64,000 nucleotides of DNA from positions 268,400 to 332,399 of the forward strand of contig CAYNPK010000001.1 in the NCBI GenBank assembly GCA_964399075.1, given 5' to 3'. Positions 1-11,490 of this stretch are shown here, in pieces; within the stretch, counting starts at the first letter, position 1, and every line of letters begins with the position of its first letter. The translations under genes and the position numbers were made by a program. The stretch comes from an uncultured Candidatus Saccharibacteria bacterium. GTDB lineage: Bacteria > Patescibacteriota > Minisyncoccia > Phycocordibacterales > JACOZG01. The notes under the pieces are model-generated. The model ran no database searches, was not told the DNA's origin, and saw only the letters and a list, made by a program, of their open reading frames with translations.

Positions 1-851
1 GCCAAGAGCGACCGAATATCGTCCATCTAAATCTAAATAATTCTAAGCAAAATAAAATACTAAGTATCGTCTGCGCGATCAAGCTCTACAACCTCTTCTC
101 ATCAGCGCCGAATAAAATCAAAATAGTTTATACTCCTCACTATTCGAATTCCGGATTCACCGAGTGGCTAACCAACAAATTAATTAACAAAATAATAACG
201 CCAATGAGAAAGGGCGTCCAAGCTATCCCCTTCTTCTACCGCGACGAGGCGCGGAGCAAATTAAGCGAGCTAAGCACGGCTGATAATAAAGTGAAGCTAA
301 ACCGCGCCATCAATAGACTGTGGTTAGTCACTGTCGCTGATCTCCACTCTGATCAGGGTTTGGATAGATTAGTAGAAATTATTAAAGAAATTAAAAAAAC
401 TTATCCAGATATTATTAGTGTGATTATTGGCGAGGGCGAAGGGCGCGAGGCGCTGGAAGCGCAAATCGCCGAAGCGCAATTAAGTGATAACATCTTGCTC
501 TTGGGAAATATCAGCGAGACCAGTCGTTATCTCAAGGCCTTCGACCTCTTCCTCCTCACTTCCAAGCAAGAGAATTTACCTTACGCCATACTCGAGGCCG
601 GACTGGCTGAATTAGCCGTGATGGCGCCGGCGCTAGGCGGAATTCCAGAATTAATCGGCGCGGGACGCGCGGGGATTCTAATCAAGCCGGAAGAAACCAC
701 CGAAACGGCCGAAACCATCAAGTGGTTGCTGGCCAACGGCTTAGAGAGGGAGATTCTCGGACGGAATTTGGAGCAGAAAGTGAGGCAAAATTTTTCCACA
801 GCGCAGATGGTCAAGGAAACGGTGGTGGTATATAATGAATTATATGTTTAA
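1..851 (+). CDS. Glycosyltransferase family 4 (GT-B), 5'-truncated by window edge
   Basis: The frame of ORF 204..851 is open back to position 3 (QERPNIVHLN...). The C-terminal GT4 motif is FLLTSKQENLPYAILEAGLA...GGIPELI. Confidence 0.8.
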   Translation, partial: QERPNIVHLNLNNSKQNKILSIVCAIKLYNLFSSAPNKIKIVYTPHYSNSGFTEWLTNKLINKIITPMRKGVQAIPFFYRDEARSKLSELSTADNKVKLNRAINRLWLVTVADLHSDQGLDRLVEIIKEIKKTYPDIISVIIGEGEGREALEAQIAEAQLSDNILLLGNISETSRYLKAFDLFLLTSKQENLPYAILEAGLAELAVMAPALGGIPELIGAGRAGILIKPEETTETAETIKWLLANGLEREILGRNLEQKVRQNFSTAQMVKETVVVYNELYV

Positions 852-1395
852 AATAAAATATTCAGGTGGTTTCACCTTAATCGAATTATTAGTTGTCATT
901 TCCATCATCGGCTTGCTCTCAAGCATCGTGCTAACCAGTCTAGGCCAAGCGAGAATTAAGGCTCAAGACAGCAAAAGGGTGCAAGAATTATTAGAAATTC
1001 AAAAAGCGGTAGAACTTTACGCTTTAAATAATGGTGGCATATATCCTTATAGCGATCATTGGTATCCCGTATTGAGTCCAGCAGATGCTAACATTGTGGT
1101 AACTTGTTGGAATTCTTGTGATTATGCACCAGATCCTAGTTTGCATTTACAAACATATCTACAATCTTATCTCAATCAATTGCCTATCCCACCAAATCTA
1201 ACCCAACCTGGAGATACTAATTCGGGTGCTTATTGGTATTCCTCAAACGGCAAAGATTACAAAATTAGTGTTTTCATTAAAAATGAAAATAACATACCAA
1301 CGAGAATGAGCAACACTGACACTTTCAGTTATATATCAACCCCCATTGCTTCAGTTTGGTCATCAGATATTGCTAAAAACTGGACCTACAAATAA
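844..1395 (+). CDS. Type IV pilin / pseudopilin (prepilin N-methyl motif)
   Basis: GFTLIELLVVISIIGLLSSIV prepilin motif. ATG at 844 lies 7 nt after TATAAT (831-836). Confidence 0.9.
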   Translation: MFKIKYSGGFTLIELLVVISIIGLLSSIVLTSLGQARIKAQDSKRVQELLEIQKAVELYALNNGGIYPYSDHWYPVLSPADANIVVTCWNSCDYAPDPSLHLQTYLQSYLNQLPIPPNLTQPGDTNSGAYWYSSNGKDYKISVFIKNENNIPTRMSNTDTFSYISTPIASVWSSDIAKNWTYK

Positions 1396-1401
1396 AATTT
1401 C

Positions 1402-1956
1402 ATGCCCCGTCGTGGCTTTACTCTCATAGAACTACTGGTGGTGATCTCCATCATCTCGCTTTTGTCGAGCATCTCCTTGGCAGGTCTGAACGAGGCACGA
1501 GTGAAGGCGAGAAATACTGCGATAAATTCTCAAGTATTAGAATATGTTAAAGCCCTAGAACTTTATCGACTTGATAATGATAACTTTCCTAATCCAAATT
1601 CTGTCATTCCAGTGTGTTTGGGTGAATATCCTTCAGGGCCACCAGGGTTAGGGGTATGCGAAAGATGGATAGGTAACAATTTCCAACCACTTAATGCTGG
1701 AACAGCTTACCGAAATAGTCAAGAATTAAAAAATTCTTTGTCAAAATATATTCCTAATTACCCTCCAGTAAGTACGCAGAAGGTGTGGGTAATTGATAAT
1801 GCTTTTGGTTATTTAGGAGCTTGGTACTCACATTCGGCATCAATACCAAACCCCATCATCCAATGGTTTATTAATGGAGCCAATCAAGATTGCATCAGAG
1901 GGGCAATAAAACAACAAATGTTAAAGGCGACATGGTGTCAATTGACACTTTACTAA
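1402..1956 (+). CDS. Type IV pilin / pseudopilin
   Basis: RRGFTLIELLVVISIISLLSSI motif, tandem with the previous pilin, with C-terminal Cys pairs. Confidence 0.9.
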   Translation: MPRRGFTLIELLVVISIISLLSSISLAGLNEARVKARNTAINSQVLEYVKALELYRLDNDNFPNPNSVIPVCLGEYPSGPPGLGVCERWIGNNFQPLNAGTAYRNSQELKNSLSKYIPNYPPVSTQKVWVIDNAFGYLGAWYSHSASIPNPIIQWFINGANQDCIRGAIKQQMLKATWCQLTLY

Positions 1957-1962
1957 AAATCT

Positions 1963-3105
1963 CTACCCCACTCCCACAAATTCGTTTTTGATATCATCGC
2001 GGTGGAAACCGCGGGAGCGACGACTCATCCCTGTTAAAATGCCGAGACCGAGAAACTCGGCTAAGAGATGCGAACCGCCATAGCTAACGAGAGGTAAATA
2101 CAAACCGGTAACCGGCAACAAACCCAAGTTCATGCCCACATTGATAATGAAGTGACTCATGAAGAAAATCGCCAAGCCGATGCCGAACAGGGCTTCGAAA
2201 TTAGTTTCCACCATCATCGCAATATGGATAATCCGCCAAACTACCACGCCAAACAAAGCCAGAAGTAGCGTCGCGCCAACGAGACCCCACTCCTCGGCAA
2301 AGGCGGCAAAAACGAAGTCGGTTTGATACTCCGGCAAGAATTTGAGGCGCGATTGGGTGCCTAAACCAACGCCCTTGCCTAACACTTGGCCGGAACCAAT
2401 GGCGATTGTTGACTGAAAAGCGTTATAGCCGGCGCCACGGATGTCAGATAGAGGATGAACGAAAGTGATAATCCGCGCCTTCTGATAGGGTTGGAAAACA
2501 AAGAGCCAAGCAATCAGAAAAGAGACTATTGCTATGCCAAAGACTAAGGCTAAGTGCTTCTTAGAAATGCCGGAAAAAATAATCATCCCCAGCCAGATAA
2601 GAAAGATAATGACCGCCGAACCGAAAGCCGGTTGGATTAAAATTAAAGCAAAAGGTACTAGAGCGTAAGCGCCGGAGATAAGAATATGACGAATGTTGGC
2701 AATCTCAATATGACGGCGTGATAAATATTTAGCCAGAATAAGAATCAGAATCAACTTCATAAAGTCCGCCGGCTGGAAGGCGATCCCCCCCAGAGAGAAC
2801 CAGCGCTCCGCGCCCTTGGCGCTCTGACCAAACCAATTAAGCATCAACACCAGACCAATGCCAGCGCTGTATAGAGTCACCAAGACGCCGGACCGACGCA
2901 GAAAGTGCCAGTCAAGACGACTGGCAATAAAAAAGACGACGAGAGAAATAGCAATCCACATTAATTGCCGATCGAAGTGATAACTATCCTCGGTGAAGGA
3001 GTTCATCGTCAACAAGCCCGCCGTCAATAAGGCCAAGGCGGAACCAACCAAGAGCCAGTCAAAGTGCCGACAGGCCTTGCTTAAATAAACGCGGGCTTGT
3101 TCCAT
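1963..3105 (-). CDS. rodA: Rod shape-determining protein RodA (SEDS family)
   Basis: Multi-TM protein with GAERW...FQP, GYNAFQSTIAIGSG, LPEYQTDFVFAAFAEEWG and LPLVSYGGS. Confidence 0.9.
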   Translation of the reverse strand: MEQARVYLSKACRHFDWLLVGSALALLTAGLLTMNSFTEDSYHFDRQLMWIAISLVVFFIASRLDWHFLRRSGVLVTLYSAGIGLVLMLNWFGQSAKGAERWFSLGGIAFQPADFMKLILILILAKYLSRRHIEIANIRHILISGAYALVPFALILIQPAFGSAVIIFLIWLGMIIFSGISKKHLALVFGIAIVSFLIAWLFVFQPYQKARIITFVHPLSDIRGAGYNAFQSTIAIGSGQVLGKGVGLGTQSRLKFLPEYQTDFVFAAFAEEWGLVGATLLLALFGVVVWRIIHIAMMVETNFEALFGIGLAIFFMSHFIINVGMNLGLLPVTGLYLPLVSYGGSHLLAEFLGLGILTGMSRRSRGFHRDDIKNEFVGVG

Positions 3106-3113
3106 AGAAAGAT

Positions 3114-3884
3114 TTAGGGAACTTGTCTTAGGTCAAAGTGAGGATAAAAGTCAAATAGTACCGGCTCGTCGGCAAAAGGCTCCGGCCAAGTGTAAGCGAT
3201 TTCCCTCGCCTCACCACGACCTAAGTTCTCAATCAAGGTGGAGCTAATACCGATGGCGTTATATTCTTGATTGGAGAGCGCAACTACTATTTGGATATTA
3301 GCTAAGTCAACGAAGGAGTCATTACGGACAACGGCCACCAAGCGCGGTGAGGGTAAATTAGTGAAAGATTGACGAGCGATGGCCAACTTAGGAGATTCTT
3401 TGTCAACCCTCTGCCACACCGGTGGCTCTGGCTCACCGGGCACAAAGATGGCGCGCGCCGGCAAACGAGAGCCAACCGCCAGACGGTGATCAAAAACAAT
3501 AAACCGCTCGCCCGGATTAAGGAAGACTTCTCCCTCGCGAAGAGTGATTAAAATATTGTCATCATCAAGAACTCGTAAGAAATATTTGAGACTGGCTAAA
3601 CTATGACCACGATTAGGATTCTCAATCAGAGTCGCCGCGTCATAACGATCAGCGCTGACTTTAAAAATTCTGGTCCAAATAACTTTGGGTGCTTGGACCT
3701 CCAGCTCACAGACCAGAGCACAAGGTCCGCCACAGTCGATACCCAACTCAGCTTGATTCTGAATCCCGTCAAAACAAGAAGGTTGAGGACGATAATAAAT
3801 AAGAATAATCGCCAAGACGGCAACTATAAGTAATACCGCCGCCAACAAATAAAGCAGTCTGCGTCTAGCGCTCCAACTAATCAT
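3114..3884 (-). CDS. Membrane-anchored hypothetical protein with Cys-rich CFDGIQNQxExGIDCGGPC motif
   Basis: The start was moved to ATG 3884 (MISWSARRR followed by a TM helix) because the longer ORF overlaps the 5S rRNA. TATAAT lies 6 nt upstream. Confidence 0.75.
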   Translation of the reverse strand: MISWSARRRLLYLLAAVLLIVAVLAIILIYYRPQPSCFDGIQNQAELGIDCGGPCALVCELEVQAPKVIWTRIFKVSADRYDAATLIENPNRGHSLASLKYFLRVLDDDNILITLREGEVFLNPGERFIVFDHRLAVGSRLPARAIFVPGEPEPPVWQRVDKESPKLAIARQSFTNLPSPRLVAVVRNDSFVDLANIQIVVALSNQEYNAIGISSTLIENLGRGEAREIAYTWPEPFADEPVLFDFYPHFDLRQVP

Positions 3885-3926
3885 GAATTGATTATAGCAA
3901 AAGTAAAAAGATTTGTTCAGTGCTTT

Positions 3927-4035
3927 GTTCTGGCGGATACCTACTCTCCCCTTGCGAGTACCATCGGCACTATGGCGCTTAACTACTCTGTTCGGAATGG
4001 TAAGAGGTGTGACCACCACGTTGAACCACCAGAAC
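3927..4035 (-). rRNA. rrf: 5S rRNA
   Basis: Minus strand GTTCTGGTGG...CACACCTCTTACCATTCCGAACAGAGTAGTTAAGCGCC...GCCGATGGTACT...GAGAGTAGG...CGCCAGAAC, with complementary ends. Confidence 0.95.
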
Positions 4036-4076
4036 ACAACACTCAACTAGTAATAAAAAAGCAATGCTGATAATTA

Positions 4077-4099
4077 ATGATTTCCAGATTTCCCAATGG

Positions 4100-4103
<4 letters not shown>
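4077..4103. repeat. 3' arm of 23S processing stem (inverted repeat of 7052-7080)
   Basis: atgatttccagatttcccaatgggaat matches the reverse complement of gatttcccattgggaaatctaaaaaccat at 7052-7080. Confidence 0.8.
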
Positions 4104-7060
<2,957 letters not shown>

Positions 7061-7182
7061 TTGGGAAATCTAAAAACCATTTTTATCTTTCTTGCTTACT
7101 TTCTTGCTTGATGATTACTTTTACCTGCTCCGTCTCCAACTAAGTAAAAACCCTCTGAACTTGAGTTGTGACGAGCATTTAA

Positions 7183-7194
7183 TTGTCAAAGAAG
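7183..7194 (-). promoter_or_regulatory. boxA-like antitermination element in rRNA leader
   Basis: Minus strand CTTCTTTGACAA upstream of 23S, resembling the NusB/NusE boxA (TGCTCTTTAACA). Confidence 0.65.
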
Positions 7195-7306
7195 CTAGCC
7201 TGTTTCAGAAAAAACCGCCCCTAGGGGCGGTGGAGATAAAGTTCAAAAACCGGAGTTATCGCCACCGCCACTTTGGTTGATTTAATTTATCCATACTGAT
7301 ATTGCC

Positions 7307-7335
7307 ATTCTATAGGAAGACTTATCCCCCGTCAA
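7307..7335 (-). promoter_or_regulatory. sigma70-type promoter for 23S-5S unit
   Basis: TTGACG (7335-7330), 17 nt, TAGAAT (7312-7307). Confidence 0.7.
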
Positions 7336-7354
7336 GCATATCGACAATACCAAA

Positions 7355-7384
7355 CCCACCCCGCGCCTTTCGGCGCGGGGTGGT
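7355..7384 (-). terminator. Intrinsic terminator after mscS-like gene
   Basis: ccaccccgcgcc-tttc-ggcgcggggtgg hairpin. Confidence 0.7.
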
Positions 7385-7424
7385 CTAATTGATTGGGATA
7401 TTATCTAGAAAGTATCCGTATCGT

Positions 7425-8114
7425 TTAGTGATGAGAACCGACTTCCTGACGGAGCTTCTCGATATAGCGTCCAGCCGCTTCGCGGCCACCTAAGCCGAAA
7501 GCTAAACCACCAGCCAAAGCCAACATCGCCACCAAGCCCATAAAGATAGTCTGGAAGAGAGCTGGAGCAATACCGATTTGCAACAAAGCGGCTAAAATAG
7601 CGAAAATCCACACCGCCCATTTGGTAATACCTCCTAAGAACTTAGCCGAACTGATCTTGGCAGCGGCAGCTGACCCAGCAACTATTTTCTGCAAAGCTTC
7701 GGCAATTAAAGCGGCAACCAACAGAATCAAAGCGGCAACAATCACATTAGGCAAGAAGCCCAAAACGATTGTTCGCAAGAAATCAGTTACTTGAGTCAAA
7801 CCAAGCACCTCCACCGAGGCAATCAAGAAAACAACAATGACAAACCACTTAATGAGATTGCCAACAAAGGCGCCGGCATTCAAACGGAAACCGGCTCGGG
7901 CGAGAACTTCATCGGTGCCAACCTGCTCGAAAGCTTGATCAACTTTGAGAGATTTAACAATTTGAGACACCCATCGGCCCAAAATACTACCAATCAACCA
8001 ACCCAAAATAAAGATAATTAAGGCCACCAGAAGGCGAGGCACGAAATTAATCACCCCATACCACAAATCAAAGAAGGACTCTCTGAGTACTTCACCTAAT
8101 TGATCCAAAGACAT
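7425..8114 (-). CDS. TM-helix-repeat membrane protein (MscS/CmpX-like small-conductance channel family)
   Basis: Repeated xxFxPxxxxAxxIxxxG helices and a C-terminal GLAFGLGGREAA. Confidence 0.75.
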   Translation of the reverse strand: MSLDQLGEVLRESFFDLWYGVINFVPRLLVALIIFILGWLIGSILGRWVSQIVKSLKVDQAFEQVGTDEVLARAGFRLNAGAFVGNLIKWFVIVVFLIASVEVLGLTQVTDFLRTIVLGFLPNVIVAALILLVAALIAEALQKIVAGSAAAAKISSAKFLGGITKWAVWIFAILAALLQIGIAPALFQTIFMGLVAMLALAGGLAFGLGGREAAGRYIEKLRQEVGSHH

Positions 8115-8201
8115 AATTAATATTTATAATTACTGCTAATAAATAAACTCCTCTGTTAAGAATAATAGCATAAATAAGCTCGAAAAGCGATAAAAACTGG
8201 C

Positions 8202-8210
8202 TGTGGATAA
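8202..8210 (-). promoter_or_regulatory. Perfect DnaA box (TTATCCACA)
   Basis: TGTGGATAA on the + strand, in the intergenic region upstream of the 7425..8114 gene. Confidence 0.5.
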
Positions 8211-8226
8211 ATTAATCGCCAGAAGA

Positions 8227-8796
8227 TTAAACGCCAAGCTTGTCAATCAAACGCTCGTGGGGATAATCCAAAACATCGCGAACAAACTTATCACAGGCAT
8301 TAAGACGATAGTGGAAATCCGGGGTTTCTAAGACAGCATAGACTAATTCCTTGCCAATCTCCGCCTCCAGACCGTGAACAATACGCTCAATGCTCTTCTT
8401 CTTGAGACCTTGACCGACAATTAGTAAATCCGCTCGACTATCCGTATTCTCAATAAAGATACCAGAGATAATCAATAAGTTAATCTTCCCACAACCCTTA
8501 AACTGTCTAACTAGTTCCCCCTTCCTGGCCACCAGATCATTCTTAAGAATAGCCTTCAATTGCGAGCTGAAGGGGAAAGACTGATCTAATTGCCAGCCTT
8601 TAAGCTTACCCTTACTGCGCTTACCGATGAAACCGATAGAACCAAGCAAATTTAGCTCACGACTAACATTAGACCGGCCAATTCGGCCTCTGGAGGCAAC
8701 CTCTTGATTGCTTAAAATCAAATCCGGATTAAGCAAGAAGAGGCGCATAATCTTAACCTTATTGAGACTACCAAACAGTTTACTTAGATTCTCCAT
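8227..8796 (-). CDS. Winged-helix plus nucleotidyltransferase-like domain protein
   Basis: N-terminal LFGS..KVKIMRLFLLN HTH-like region and C-terminal SGIF...SRADLLIVG minimal-nucleotidyltransferase-like motif. Confidence 0.6.
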   Translation of the reverse strand: MENLSKLFGSLNKVKIMRLFLLNPDLILSNQEVASRGRIGRSNVSRELNLLGSIGFIGKRSKGKLKGWQLDQSFPFSSQLKAILKNDLVARKGELVRQFKGCGKINLLIISGIFIENTDSRADLLIVGQGLKKKSIERIVHGLEAEIGKELVYAVLETPDFHYRLNACDKFVRDVLDYPHERLIDKLGV

Positions 8797-8807
8797 TAGC
8801 TTATAGC

Positions 8808-9194
8808 TTACTTCAGCTCCACTTGACCACCAGCCTCTTCGATCTTCTTCTTGAGAGCTTCGGCTTCGTCTTTCTTCAAGCCCTCCTTAAGCAGTGACGG
8901 AGCGGCGTCAACAAGGTCCTTAGCCTCCTTGAGTCCGAGCGCCAAAACTTCTTTAATAGCCTTAATAACTTGGATCTTCTGATCACCAGCCGCCTTAAGA
9001 TGGACAGCAAAACTATCTTTCTCCTCCGCCACTTCCGCGCCGGCGCCACCTTGAGCTGGCCCCATCGCTACCGCTTGAGCGGAAACACCGAAGCGTTCTT
9101 CTAAGACTTTTACCAACTCATTAAGCTCTAAAACACTCAAACCTTCAATTTTGGTTACTAGATCCTGATACTTGCTTGATTTTTCTTCTGCCAT
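8808..9194 (-). CDS. rplL: 50S ribosomal protein L7/L12
   Basis: [21 protein letters not shown]...[27 protein letters not shown]. Confidence 0.97.
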   Translation of the reverse strand: MAEEKSSKYQDLVTKIEGLSVLELNELVKVLEERFGVSAQAVAMGPAQGGAGAEVAEEKDSFAVHLKAAGDQKIQVIKAIKEVLALGLKEAKDLVDAAPSLLKEGLKKDEAEALKKKIEEAGGQVELK

Positions 9195-9218
9195 GTTATT
9201 GTTATTTTTAATTTAAAA

Positions 9219-9722
9219 TTATTTTTTTAATGCAATCTGATTAAGCGCGATCACGAAACGTTGAATTGGCGAATTAATCAAATTAACCAATTGGCCATAC
9301 AACATCTCGCGACTAGGAATAGAAGCGATAGAAACCATCATTCCCACATCAACAAACTTCTTCTCCCACACTCCACCGACAATCTTCACACCACCCTTCG
9401 TCTTCTTCTCAAACTCATAAACTCCCCGAGCCGAGGCTGTGGAATCAGCTATTGCCGACTGGGTAACCGGGAAAGCTAGGGCCAATTCGCCCGGCAACTC
9501 CGGTGCCGTGCCATCAATCTTCAATCCCTCCAGCACTCGGCGAATTAGAGTCTTCTTGGCCACCCGGAAACCAACCCCCCGCTCTCGCAGATCTCGACGC
9601 AAGGCAGTCACATCAGGCACCTTAAGACCGTGGAAGTTAACAAACACTACCGATTCAGCATCACCGAGAACGGTGGCCAAATCCTTAACAATCCCAAGTT
9701 TCTTCTCTTTGGTAATTGCCAT
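9219..9722 (-). CDS. rplJ: 50S ribosomal protein L10
   Basis: VVFVNFHGLKVPDVTALRRDLR...VAKKTLI...IPSRE. It lies upstream of rplL. Confidence 0.95.
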   Translation of the reverse strand: MAITKEKKLGIVKDLATVLGDAESVVFVNFHGLKVPDVTALRRDLRERGVGFRVAKKTLIRRVLEGLKIDGTAPELPGELALAFPVTQSAIADSTASARGVYEFEKKTKGGVKIVGGVWEKKFVDVGMMVSIASIPSREMLYGQLVNLINSPIQRFVIALNQIALKK

Positions 9723-9747
9723 ATAAATTTAATTTGCTAATAAAAAT

Positions 9748-9816
9748 AAGCGTCGATGAGGAAGGACCTCGGCAGGGTTTAATCGCCAATTAAGCGAAAC
9801 CTGCTGTCTACGGCTT
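9748..9816 (-). ncRNA. L10 leader (rplJL autoregulatory RNA)
   Basis: Minus strand CCGTAGACAGCAGG...CCTGCCGAGG kink-turn-type signature directly upstream of rplJ. Confidence 0.8.
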
Positions 9817-9959
9817 ATGAACTTAGCCTAAACAAAAACACCTCAATAGTCAAGCGTTCATGAAATATAAGACGAGAAACAAAACACAGATAGCGGTTAA
9901 GACAATAGAAATGAAGCCAACAGCCATTCGCCAAAACATTGAATTAAAATATTTCATGA

Positions 9960-11228
9960 TTAAAACCAACGACGCAAGCGTTGTAAATTTCTAGACCACC
10001 AAGAATCAGCCTTGGGAATAATAATTGTAGCATCTTCTGTCTCTATTTCTATTTCTTCTATGATGTCCTCGTCCGGGATAACTTCATCCGGAGTCAGAAA
10101 AGTGGTTGTTGCCGGTGGAACCCAAACTGGTGCTGGTGGTACAGGAATAACAGCCGGAGACGCTATGACCGGTACGACGGCTAGAGAACCGAAGGAGTCA
10201 GCCGGCGTGCCGTCAGGGTAACGCAAATAAACCAAGATTGGCCCCTCCGTCGGCAAGCCAATCACCGCGCCGGGGAGTTTAAGCGAGGCGCCAGCCGAGA
10301 TAATAGTATCAGAAGGAAAAGTGAAAGTTCCATCAAGAGTTTCCAATCGCCAATCACCCAGATTAACTTCTCGCGAGGAGGGATTAGAAAGTTCTATGTA
10401 CGGACGATTACCGCCAATTACTTCAACAATTTTCAACTTAGGCTCAATTACCTCAATAGAAGTTCGGTAAGTAGATTCTTCTCTACCACTTACCACATTA
10501 GTAATTACCGTGTAATTACCGGGAAATTGATAAATATGCCTAACCTCTGGTCCTTGATCTGATCCGCCGTCGCCGAAGCTCCAGCGATGACGATGGGAAA
10601 TCCCATTCCGTCCGCCGGTTGATTCGATTTTGAAGGCGACTGGCGTGTGGATAGTAGTTAAACGCGGTCGCCCACCGTTAAGCTGCCAAGACGCTTTAAT
10701 ATCGGTCGCCTGATTCAGCGCTTGGGGTGATTTGTGGGCAGAGACGACAGTAGTGCCATCCGTGTTTGCCGGCGGATCATCATCGTCATCATCGTCGCTC
10801 TCCGGAGGCGTCCCGCCAACGCGAATTTCCTGAGTGGCTGTCCAACTAGTCCCAGCTTCACGCAAAGTGACAATAACTGTTAAATTGTGAACACCAGCGC
10901 TACTGTCACGATAATAAAAATGTCTCTGGGAAGAATTTTTACTCATCGTCTTAGATGCCGGATTCCCCGCCTCACTAAGAAATTCGCCAGTAGATGAAGA
11001 AGACTGGAAACTAACATCCGCCGTTTCCGTAATGTTAGTTTTCTCCCCAGCCGAGTTTTGGGTTTGCACCGTCAGAATCTCCGAGAGCTCTCCGGGCGCC
11101 GGGGCCCTCACTTCCGTCACAAACTTAACTTGCGTGACTTGAGCATAAGCAATAACACCCGGCGTACTAATCAAAGCAAGCGCGAGAGCGAGAAAACTAG
11201 ATAGATAAACTAAATTAACTCGCGTCAT
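9960..11228 (-). CDS. Secreted/surface protein with PKD and lamin-tail-like domains
   Basis: Signal peptide, WSFGDG...HIYQFPGNYTV (PKD) and YIELSNPSSREVNLGDWRL (LTD). Confidence 0.75.
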   Translation of the reverse strand: MTRVNLVYLSSFLALALALISTPGVIAYAQVTQVKFVTEVRAPAPGELSEILTVQTQNSAGEKTNITETADVSFQSSSSTGEFLSEAGNPASKTMSKNSSQRHFYYRDSSAGVHNLTVIVTLREAGTSWTATQEIRVGGTPPESDDDDDDDPPANTDGTTVVSAHKSPQALNQATDIKASWQLNGGRPRLTTIHTPVAFKIESTGGRNGISHRHRWSFGDGGSDQGPEVRHIYQFPGNYTVITNVVSGREESTYRTSIEVIEPKLKIVEVIGGNRPYIELSNPSSREVNLGDWRLETLDGTFTFPSDTIISAGASLKLPGAVIGLPTEGPILVYLRYPDGTPADSFGSLAVVPVIASPAVIPVPPAPVWVPPATTTFLTPDEVIPDEDIIEEIEIETEDATIIIPKADSWWSRNLQRLRRWF

Positions 11229-11231
11229 GAT

Positions 11232-11375
11232 TCAAGAAGCCGGAATAATTAGAGGCGCGAGGAAAGGATCAGGCGGTTCTTGTTTGGCTCTCTCTAGACC
11301 GCCGGTTAGCCACCACAAGATCCCAACGGCAATGAAAATTGCGATGACCCAATATAAGTCTTTAGTCGCGTCCAT
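11232..11375 (-). CDS. Small single-TM protein, 47 aa (not in ORF track)
   Basis: Reads MDATKDLYWVIAIFIAVGILWWLTGGLERAKQEPPDPFLAPLIIPAS*. It fills the gap, stops 3 nt before the next start and has TATAAT upstream. Confidence 0.65.
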   Translation of the reverse strand: MDATKDLYWVIAIFIAVGILWWLTGGLERAKQEPPDPFLAPLIIPAS

Positions 11376-11408
11376 GTTAATAATTAATAACTTTCCTTAA
11401 TTATAACA

Positions 11409-11442
11409 CAAAAACACCCCGCCATTTGGCGGGGTGTTTTTG
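11409..11442. terminator. Bidirectional intrinsic terminator
   Basis: caaaaacaccccgcca-tt-tggcggggtgtttttg perfect inverted repeat. Confidence 0.85.
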
Positions 11443-11490
11443 CTAATCTTGTAGATTCAATCCACGAAAACTAGAGGCTTAATTCTCTAA

